Part shown: positions 54,001 to 64,000 of the stretch, in pieces
How positions within the stretch are numbered: position 1 is the stretch's first letter
Layout of the letters: the number at the start of each line of letters is the position of its first letter
Source of the DNA: the human T2T-CHM13v2.0 reference genome, Homo sapiens
Direction: 5' to 3' (one strand)
Length of the DNA: 64,000 nt
NCBI RefSeq assembly: GCF_009914755.1
Contig: NC_060930.1
Notes under the pieces: generated by a model
The model's input: only the letters and a program-made list of their open reading frames with translations
Told to the model about the DNA's origin: nothing
Databases searched by the model: none
Translations under genes and position numbers: made by a program

Positions 54001-56681
54001 CAGGCTGGTGTCCAGGCTCTCCATGTGTCCACACTTAACATTGGACTTATGTCTTCCTAAATACCCATTTTATTTCTTCAATTTAGGTGCATAGCACTGT
54101 TTACTGGATGGATTATCATAGGTAACTTGACTTGAAGCATGGGGTTTATTTAAATTGCATATCCAAAGAATTTAAGTACTGCCTGATTTAACATGAAAAC
54201 CTGGCAATGTACAAGAAAGCTTGATATTTAATTAATTTTTGTCCTGCTTGAGTTAGCAGTTTTATATGCCAGTCAGTCTTTTCATTAGACTTTTGAGAAT
54301 TCTTACCCAGTCCAAATGATATGATCCTAAAGTTATCAGAAACCGGCATTCAAGAGTGCTTGTCAAGGTCCTTTCCATCGTTTGATGAACCTCCTTGAAA
54401 ACACAGACTCTAGGATTTTGTATGCTTGTGAAGAGTTTTCAGAAACTGCATCAGAACTAAGCAATCAACTGTGGAGATGACTTAAAATGGTCATAAAAAC
54501 ACAATTGACAAGAAAATTTAGTTATTTCTGTGGCCTACAATAATTTAATATAATAACCATAATTATGAGTGACACTATATATCCAGACATATCAGAATTA
54601 TAGAAAACCCATACAATTTTGGAGCATATATTAATAATATATTCATAAAAACGTAACTGGAAGGTTAAACATCATCTCTTATTTGACAATGCTTCGCATG
54701 TTATTTAACATATCAAATAATCCTGTTAATCTCTCCTTTGGATGCTACAGGGTCTGGAGGGGCTCTCTGAAGCATTCCAAAGTTAGAGGTTAAAAAGAAA
54801 AAAAGTTAATTTTGAAGTTCAAATTTGATTTTGAGAAGCTCGTCAAATATGTCAGAGGTTTAAACACTCTAGACCAAAATAAGATCACAGGTCACTATAA
54901 AAAAGTCATTTATTTAGACAAAGTAATAAACAAAAGATTTTAAAAAGCAAAAACCTTTACTCTTCAATAGAGAGGAGACAGTTTTCCAAACAGTCAAAAG
55001 ACCTGAGAGGGACAGCATGAGACAAAATCTCTGTCCTCTCCTCTCTTCTCTGTTTTGCAGTTTACTCAAAAGGTGAACAAAAATATTTGCTGTCTTAGTA
55101 ATACTACATGAAACTCTTGTTCAAAAGAAAAAAATAAATTTTACTTTTCTATTAGTGTATTATCAATATTAAAGAGCAAAATTATAAAGAAATCTGTCAC
55201 CTTTTGACCACACAAGATTTCCAAACAGTTTTATATCTTACATTTTTTCCCCAACTTTATATTCATTTAGTCCTATCTATTTTTTATTCCTTCAATTTAA
55301 AACATTTAAGTAACTTCTAAACTAGACAAAATTATTTTTCTCAACACCTATATTGTCATACCTATACCATCTTTTCACCAAAAGCATATCTTGCTTTTGT
55401 TTATGCCCTATATACAGAATTGTTTTTCTCATATCTAGTAGTTTTAATATTAACTATAATTTTAACTTTTAGTAACCCTAATTTCTAGTGAAAACCCTAG
55501 GAAGAAATTTTGTTTTATATCAGTATTTGCAGATAAAAACCAATTATAAATTTTTAGAAAGATGTTTCCTTCAATTATTGTTTAGTAAGAGATCTAAATA
55601 TATTTAGCTTTTCTATACCATATAAAAATGACATGTCAAGTTATATAACTTAAATTCATGTTTAATAATTAGTATTTCCATATTTTAATTTACAAATTAC
55701 TCAGATATTTTATGATTATGTATTACTTAATTTAACACGAATTTAAATATTTTAAATTGCTGAAAACAATTTTGAAGCTATGACACAGGTCCCCTCCCTA
55801 ATGGTCTTCTCCAGTTGCCCTGGGTCTCAAGTAGCCACGTGGCATCCAGGAGGGCTATGAAGGCAGGATCTGTCTAAGTCCTGAATGTACATTGCAGGAA
55901 TAGAGCTCAGGGCAGAAGACAGAGCTGTGAAGAGGATGCCTGGAGGATCCAGTCCCTCCCAGAGTAGCCAAGAGGCAAAGCTAAGGCAGGAAAGAAGGTG
56001 CCATACTGGGCTTGATTCTACCTTGTAGCTATTGGGCTAGGTCTTACCATGGCAACCTATCCAGACCCCTGTATCTAGAGGCTCAGAACCAAAAACATAA
56101 GCTCACAGTCAATTCAAGCAAGTATTGAATTATATTTAACTGACAATTTTGAAACCATTCCTACGTTACCAACAATTTAAAAGCTAGTCATATTTATCAA
56201 ATATTATCATATACACATATAGACATACAAATGGACAGAAGCTGATCTTATAGCTTCCATAAAGGATTCTTATTGGCCAGCTTTTAAATAGTTTTTCCTT
56301 TCCATATTCAGACTATCATTCTTCTAATTACCTGTTTCATTGCCCTAAGCAATTGTTAACTAGGCAACAAATTTGCATTTCTAGAGGGAAAATGTTAGGT
56401 GAAATAAGAATATTTATATTTGAAAAGCACAGAACTTAAGACTTTAGTCCAAAATATGGCACCATTTGCACCAAATATTGCACCAAACCAAGGAAAAAAT
56501 GATGTAAGTGAAAGTTCAGTTAAGACAAGATGGCCAGGAAAGCATTTTAAACAAAGATATGACTTGTTATGTAAATTTTAGAATGATGGTAAGCATTTCT
56601 AATGTACACAGTCATACTTACAAATACAGATTTCCTTTCTAGATGTAAATTTTTTTTACAAAGGATTTTAAGATAGCCAGT

Positions 56682-57037
56682 TGATGTGGTTTGACTGTGA
56701 CTCCACCCAAATCTCATCTTGAACTGTAGCTCCCATAATTCCCTTGTGTTGTGGAAGGGACTCACTGGGAGATAATTGAATCATGGGGGTCGTTTCTCCC
56801 ATACTGTTCTCACTGGTAGTGAATAAATCCCATGAGATCTGATGGTTTTGTAAGGGGAAACCTCTTTCACTTGGCTCTCACTCTTTTCTTTTGCTGCTGC
56901 CATGTAAGAAGTGCCTTTCGCCTTCCGCCATCATTGTGAGGCCTCCCCAGCCACATGGAACTGTGAGTCCATTAAACCTGTTTTTCTTCCCAGTCTTGGG
57001 TATGTCTTTATCAGCAGCGTGAAAATGGACTAATACA
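56682..57037 (+). mobile_element. THE1B-like solo LTR inserted in the ERV internal region
   Basis: tgatgtggtttg..cacccaaatctcatcttgaa...tcagcagcgtgaaaatggactaataca; TSD ccagt/gcagt. Confidence 0.93.
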
Positions 57038-58006
57038 GCAGTCAAATGCCAGAAAGGCATATTTTAGTTCAACAGGTGATCTTTGTAAATTAGCTGAAAT
57101 TGTTGAGTTTGGGGTGAATCCTATTAAGGAATAGGACAAAAAAGCATTCTCTCTGCCTGGACTCAGCACGGTTCGATCTGAAAACCGAAGCAAGCCTACT
57201 TTATCTTAGGGCCTACTTTTTAGAATCACTTTATCTAGGAGAGCTTTCTTTTTACCTGTGAGATGGGATAGTAACTAAGCTAAAAGGTTAGCAGATTTAA
57301 TTTTTCTTATCAATTAGTCATTCAAGCTTTTTATTTGCCTTTTATAAACAGTCTTTAAAGTAAAAAAGCAATAAAATTATTGAAATCTTTCAGAAGTGTC
57401 TGCAAATCAAGAGGCATCCCTGGCTGATACTAATTCAGGAGCCCTCGCTTCCAAATGCCTTTCTTAAAGGACAGTGTTGTTAGCTTGGAATGTTTCATTG
57501 TAGTTTTAAATTACCCTTAGTAAGATTTTATCATTTTTGTGAGTGCTTGCTGCTTCTGAGGCCTAATATTTATGCATGTATAAACTGGAAGGCAGCGTAC
57601 TCAGGTCTTCAGAAATTAAGGATCCCATTTTTACCCTGAATCCTGGCTTTGGCTTTCAGATCCCCTTGATCAACTAGCCAATGATTTTTCCCTACCTAGG
57701 CATGCAACAAAAAGAAACAAGTGGGGTAGAACACAAAAATCTCTGCAAATATTTGAAAGTTGCAGTTTGTACCCCCTGCAGTATTGCCATTTACTACCAG
57801 TCTGATGCCTCTAATGAATCCAAGGCAGTTAATTATCAGATCCAATTCAACCCTGGACCCAGTCCAGTTTCTGTCGTCACTTCCAAACCCAACTTGGATC
57901 CGAAATTTGCACAAAGAAACTTGGATAGCTCAAAACACAAATCAGGAGACCTTTGGAATCTGGGAGAGAACTTACCAACAATCCCCAGTTGCTGCAAGAA
58001 AGCAAT

Positions 58007-58371
<365 letters not shown>

Positions 58372-58389
58372 CTAGAAGCTCTACCTTGG

Positions 58390-58407
58390 ATCCCACTTCT
58401 GATACCA
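58390..58407 (-). other. Primer binding site, tRNA-Leu(CAA)-type
   Basis: Minus strand tggtatcagaagtgggat, 2 nt from the 5' LTR; 17/18 match to the complement of the recalled tRNA-Leu 3' end atcccacttctgacacca. Confidence 0.8.
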
Positions 58408-58409
58408 TC

Positions 58410-58798
58410 TGCTAAAAGAAAAACTTTAGACAAATTAAATGTAACATAATTTAATTGAGCAAAGAATGATTTGTGAATTGGACAGCTCCCAAACCTGAAT
58501 AGATTCAGAGAGATTCCAAACAGTCACATGGTGGAAGAAGATTTATGGACAGAAAAAGAAAAGTTATTCACAGAAAATGGAAGGGAGATGTGGAAACTGC
58601 CAAGTTGGTTACAGCTCAGCACTTGCCTTACTTGGACCCAGTTTGAACAGTTGGCCGCCTTTGATTGACCGAAACACAATGATTGTCACAAGAGTAGGTT
58701 ACAGTTTGTTTACACATTCAGTTAGGTTACAGTTCACTATGTTTGGTAAACCTCTAAAATATGTAAAAAGGCAGCTTTAGGCTGAACTGAATTTAGCA
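58410..58798 (-). mobile_element. 5' LTR (MER57 family)
   Basis: Aligns end to end with 51285-51642 and adjoins the PBS. Confidence 0.88.
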
Positions 58799-59099
58799 CT
58801 GGCCTCTTTTTTCCTCCTTGCTTGTTTCAAGCAGCAAGCAGGAAAGAAACTTTCTGTAAGTGGCATCCGTGATTGTGGCTCCCTGAGCTGGAGGAGTGAG
58901 ACAGGGTAGGACCCCCAAGTGACTGGTAAAAATCAAGATGGGTAAGAAACCCCCACATCAAGAAGTCTAACTGCTCATGAAAAACTCCCCAGTGCAAAGA
59001 TGATTATTCAACCAAGACTCACCAAGTGCTTGAATAAAACTTACACCAGGTAAGAGAGGCATCACACTCAGTAAAGAGTAGGGCAAACCAAACAAGATA

Positions 59100-59600
59100 T
59101 TAGAATAAGTATAATTTCAACCCCAAAGTTAATGTGAGAATATTTAGAACACATTAACAAAATTTAAAACAATGACAACAAAACAATAACAAAAATATAA
59201 GCTAGATATTTGGAAAATTAAATATTTGATTGTTGAAATTAACAGCCAACAGAAGGGCTAAAGAGCACAATGAAAATAGTTGAAGAGTTAGTGAGTCAAC
59301 ATTGAGATGAAGGATTCTTCCTGAATACTCTATAAAAAGATAAAGGAATGCATTATATGAAAGAAATACTGAGAGACTTGGAGAATGGATCCATCAGCTC
59401 TACCTGATATGCATTCTAAAGGAAGAACAGAAACAAATATAAAAGAAGCAATGGAACAAGTTCCATAGTTTAAGAAAAAAGTGAGTAATATTAAAGGGAT
59501 TCATTGAGTGGAGGCTGGAGAATTTGAAGATACTTGTTAACTATAATATGTGGAATGTATATAAAATTAAAAGTAAAGACAGAGAGAAAGCCCAGTCATT
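59100..59600 (+). mobile_element. Ancient L1/HAL1 ORF1-region remnant
   Basis: A-rich; gaaattaa..agaagggctaaa..ttgaagagttagtgag..gagagacttggagaat resembles old L1 ORF1. Confidence 0.5.
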
Positions 59601-59919
59601 GTAGAGGTCTAGATTAGGCAGGGAGCAAAGGTACGTGAGCAGGCTTTTTTGCCTTCCTGGTTTTATAGTCTGCTATATTCTGTATATATGGAGGACTTCC
59701 ATATGTATAGACATAAACACTGGTATTATCTTATAATACCAGTGCACTAAACCCAGGCACTTTCTAAAGCCACACACTTTCCAATTCTATTACTTGACCT
59801 AAATAGAAGAAAACTGATTTTTGGCCAGGGAGATCAGTTTTGTAAAACTGACTTATTACAGTTGTGATTAGATTGATTAATCCTTCTAATTTAGAGTACA
59901 CTATGAGAATTTGAATCTC

Positions 59920-61740
59920 AAACACTATGTATGGTTCATTTCATTTGGCCCACTTATTCTACTCTAAAGAATCTAATTTAAGGTAATCATAAATTCAGAA
60001 AGTGTTTGTGAAAGAGATATTCATCATGATATTATTTGTAAAGTGAAAAAGAGGAAACACTTTTATGATTAAATAAATTATGGCTGGAACCACAAAAGTC
60101 CCTAAATAGTCAAAGCAATTTTGAGCAAGAAGAAAAAAACTGGACAAAAACATTTCCTGATTTTAAAATATATTATAAAACTACAGTAATAAAAACAGTA
60201 TGGTACTATATACAATAGACATGTAGACCAATAGAACAGAATAGAGAACCCAGAAATAAACCCATGCATACACTGTCAACTGATCTTCCTAAAGGGACCA
60301 AGTATACATAATGGGGAAAGAAAAATCTCTTCAGTAAATGAGAAAACTGCATATCCACATGCAAAAGAATAAAATTGGACCCTTATCTTACACCATGTAT
60401 GAAAATCAATAAAAATGTATTAAAGACTTAAATGTAAGACTTGAAACTGTAAAGCTCCCAGAAGAAAGCATAAAGATAAAGCTTGTTGACATTGGTCATG
60501 ATGTTTTGGCTATGACAGCAAAAACACTGACAACAAAAGCAAAAATAGGTGAATGGGATTACATCAACAAAAAGCTTCTGCAAAGTAAAAGAAACAACAA
60601 ATGAAAAGTAAATTCCCAAAATGAAAGAAAATATTTGCAAACCAGATATCTGAAAAAGTGTTAATATTCAAAACATGTAAGGAATTTATACAACTTGATA
60701 GTAACAAAACAACAACAAATAATTCAATTAAAATATGGTCAAAGGAACTGGATAGATATGACCTTAAAGAAAACATACAGATGGCCAGCAGGTATATGAA
60801 AAGGTGTTCAACACTACTAATGATCAGAGAAATGCAAATCAAAATCACAATGAGATATCACCTCATACCTGTTAGGATGGCTATTACATATATTTATACA
60901 CACATAACAGAATAAAGAGCCCAGAAATAAACCCATGCATACTCTGTCAACTGATCTTCACAAGAGTACCAAGAATACATATATGTATATATGTATTCTT
61001 TAAAATATAAATGTTGGCAAGAATGTGAAGAAAAGGGAACCGGTAGTAAGGGTACATTCTTACTACCGGTAAGAATGTAAATTGGTGCAGCCACTATGGA
61101 GAATAGTACTGAGATTTCTCAAAACATTAAATATAGAACTACTCTATGACCCAGCAATCTCACTTCTGGGTATACATCCAAAGGAAATAAAATCAGAATC
61201 TTGAAGAGATATCTGCACTCTCATTTAATTGCATCATTTTTTCCAACAGTCATGACATGGGAGCAACCTGAATGTCCATTGACTGATGAATGGATGAAAA
61301 AAATATGGGATATACATCCAAAAAAGATTATTCAGGCTTAAAAAGGAAGGAGATTCTGCCATTTTTAACAAAATGAATTAACCAGGAGGACATTATGGTA
61401 AGTGAAATAAGCCAAAAACAGAAGAAAAAATACTACATGCTCCCACATATATGAGGAATCTAAAGTAATCAAACTCATAGCAATAGAGAGTAGAGTGGTG
61501 ATTGCCCAGGGACTGGGGGAGGAGTTTTGGAAAAACAATTGTGGCACATGTACATAGTGAAATACCATGCAGTTCAGTAAAATGTTTCTAGAGAAGTTCA
61601 AATGACATAGAAAAATCCATGTAAAATGTTAAACAAGAAAAAGAACATGTTAAAATGGCATGTGCAAAAATGAGTAAGTAAATAATTACACAATCATACA
61701 AAAAACTAGACAGGCATACACTTACATATTATTATATGTT
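59920..61740 (+). mobile_element. Old L1ME-like 3' fragment (~59920-60084 and ~61532-61740) interrupted by a younger L1
   Basis: atattcatcatgatattatttgtaaagtgaaaa..aaataaattatggc | aattgtggcacatgtaca..aataccatgcag. Confidence 0.55.
60085..61530 (+). mobile_element. L1MA/MB-like ORF2 3' portion
   Basis: ORF2 remnants ([38 protein letters not shown]); gacccagcaatctcacttctgggtata. Confidence 0.88.
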
Positions 61741-61761
61741 AGTCATTTTTTAAAACTCTAG

Positions 61762-62570
61762 TTGTTTTTAAATTTAACTTTTAAGTTCAGGGTTACATGT
61801 GCAAATTTGTTGTATAGATAAACTTGTGTCATGGGGGGTTGTTGTACAGAATATTTTGTCATCCAGGCATTAAGCCTAATATCCACTAGTTAGTTTTCTT
61901 GATCCTCTTCCTCCTCCCACCCTCTATCCTCTGACAAGCCCCAGTGTGTGTTGTTCCCCTCTATGTATCCATATGTTCTCATCATTTAGCTCCCACTTAT
62001 GAGTGAGAACACACAGCATCTGATTTTCTGTTCCTGCATTAGTTTGCTAAGGATAATGGCCTCCAACTCCATCCATGTTCCTGGAAAAGACATGATCTCA
62101 TTATTTTTAATGGCTGCATAGTAGTCCATGGTGTATATGTACCATATTTTCTTTATGCAGTCTACCATTGATGGGCATTTATCTTGATTCCATGTCTTTG
62201 CTAGTGTGAATAGTGCTGCAATGAACATATACATGCATGTGTCTTTATGATAGAACAAGGTATATTCCTTTGGGTATATACTCAGTAATGAGATTGCTGG
62301 GTCAAATGGCATTTCTGGTTTTAGGTCTTTGAAAGATTACCACCCTGTCTTCCACAATGGTTGAACTAATTTACACTCCGACCAGCAGTGTATAGTGTTC
62401 CTTTTTCTCTGCAACCTCACCAGCATCTGTAATTTTTTGACTTCTTAGTAATAGCCTTTCTGACTGGTGTGAGATAGTATCTCATGGTGGCTTTGATATG
62501 CATTTCTCTAATGGTCAGTGATGTAGAGCTTTTTTTCGTATGATTGTTGGCTGCATGTATTTCTTCTTCT
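61762..62570 (-). mobile_element. 5'-truncated L1PA (L1PA10-13-like)
   Basis: ORF 61986-62312 is the ORF2 C-terminus (PFDPAISLLSIYPK...YYAAIK...WMELEAIILSKL...SLISGS), followed by 3'UTR. Confidence 0.92.
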
Positions 62571-63637
62571 TTTTTCTTTTTAATATTATATTGTATGTTT
62601 AAAAATCTTGTTTTGATTAGTATGTGTCACATATATTTTTTAAAATTTCCATCAAACCACAGAAGTAAAACAACTGTGCTGTCTTTGGAAGAAAAATAAC
62701 ACTCTAGTCAAGTCATCACAGACCATCCCAGCACAGGCTCATTTCCCTTTCACTTGATTTGGGGACAAACTGAGCCACAGCTACACAACATGGGACTTTC
62801 TGAGCATCCCCTCATGTCCTGAAAGAACCTGCACTCATGCTCCCCATTGCTTGACACCCCACTGAGTCAGGTAGAACTTGTTTTCCTTCCAGATTAACTT
62901 TGTGGTTACATGACATGAATGTTTAGGACAACAAGCAAATGTCTATCCCAGACAGAAAAGTTTCAATATTTTTACCCCTCTCTACCACTAACTTTATGTG
63001 TAAATAAGAATCTTCTTATTTTTTAACATAAATCAGATAGGCCCTGCCCCAGGATCTATCTGTCTATAAAATTTGTGTCATTTGCAAAGCCTGAAGTCAT
63101 GGCCTGCTGCTCCATCAGAGTGTCTTTCTCACTTACCTCTGATCCTATCATCCCACAACCAGTTCCTTTGTTGTAAGAGCATTGCAGTAGTGAATCGGGG
63201 TCTATGGAACACAGAGCAGTTAACCTGGGGGAGAAATTGCTTCCTAAGATGGCTCATTTCTTTCTTGCATGGGCTATGCAAAACCACAGAGAATGCTTGA
63301 CTTCTGAAAGGCTATGTTTTGACTCAAAAAGCTTCCAAAGGTCATCCTTTTGGTCTGGGTCCTCAGCATACTCTCCCCTTTTGGAGTCCCTGCTCTATTT
63401 CTTATGGAGTTGCATCCATTTATCCAAGCCCTGAATCTCCCCTCCTCCAACACAGGCAATATTGACCAAATCCAGACAGTGAAGCAGCCGTTCATGCCGT
63501 CCTTGAGATCTCACTGACGTGCCACCAGGATATCTCATCTCCCTTCCTATCTTTGAGAGAGTTGCATGTGATAGCACTTCCACAACCCAACCAAGGGACA
63601 GCTTCTTTCCTTTTTCCTTGATTTATAAATCCATTAA

Positions 63638-63933
63638 TTTTTTTTTTTGAGACAGGGTCTCATTCTGTCACCCAGGATGGAGTGCAGTGGTGCACTCATA
63701 GCTCATTGACGCCTGCAACTCCTCAGCTCAAATGATCCTCCTTCCTCAGCCTCCTGAATATCTAGGACTACAGGTGCATGCCAACAGCCCAGCTAATTTT
63801 TTAATGTTTTTGTAGCGATAGGGTCTTGTTACATTGCCCAGGCTGGTCTTGAACTCCTGGACTCCTCAAGTGATCCTCCTGCCGTGGCCTCCCAAAGCAC
63901 TGGAATTACAGGCACAAGACACTGAGCCTAGCT
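63638..63933 (-). mobile_element. AluJ
   Basis: J-type catagctca, gagacagggtct. Confidence 0.92.
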
Positions 63934-63949
63934 GATTCATTTTTCTTTC

Positions 63950-64000
63950 TCTTCCTTCCTTCCTTCCTTCCTTCCTTCCTTCCTTCCTTCCTTCCTTCCT
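63950..64000. repeat. (CCTT)n microsatellite running off the window end
   Basis: Direct. Confidence 0.95.

Noticed and set aside
58390-58407. tRNA-Leu-like sequence
   Set aside because: Only the 18-nt 3' end is present, next to an LTR; it is a retroviral PBS and not a tRNA gene

Overview
This window is primate genomic DNA (catarrhine, most likely human or great ape, judged from AluJ/S/Y, L1PA, THE1B and MER57). It is AT-rich and intergenic or intronic. I can recognise no host protein-coding exon, RNA gene, CRISPR array or prokaryotic system, and almost all ORFs in the track are chance or repeat-derived. The main structured object is a ~7.5 kb decayed ERV1 (MER57-type) provirus on the minus strand (51285-58798). 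It has both LTRs, a tRNA-Leu PBS, a PPT, integrase remnants and an env remnant; a 25-bp duplication frameshifts env exactly at the furin site. A THE1B LTR and an AluY later inserted into it. The rest is Alu, L1, L2, MIR, MaLR LTR and DNA-transposon fossils, separated by TE-poor, CpG-retaining blocks that look like enhancers or promoters. The most unusual observations are mutational scars: a cluster of fold-back inverted repeats and a 76-bp ectopic copy at 59.7-61.1 kb, a trimeric Alu, and nested or shared-site insertions. There are also a few candidate non-coding exons. I found no evidence for a new biological system. Repeat subfamily names come from recalled consensus sequences and need RepeatMasker/Dfam confirmation.
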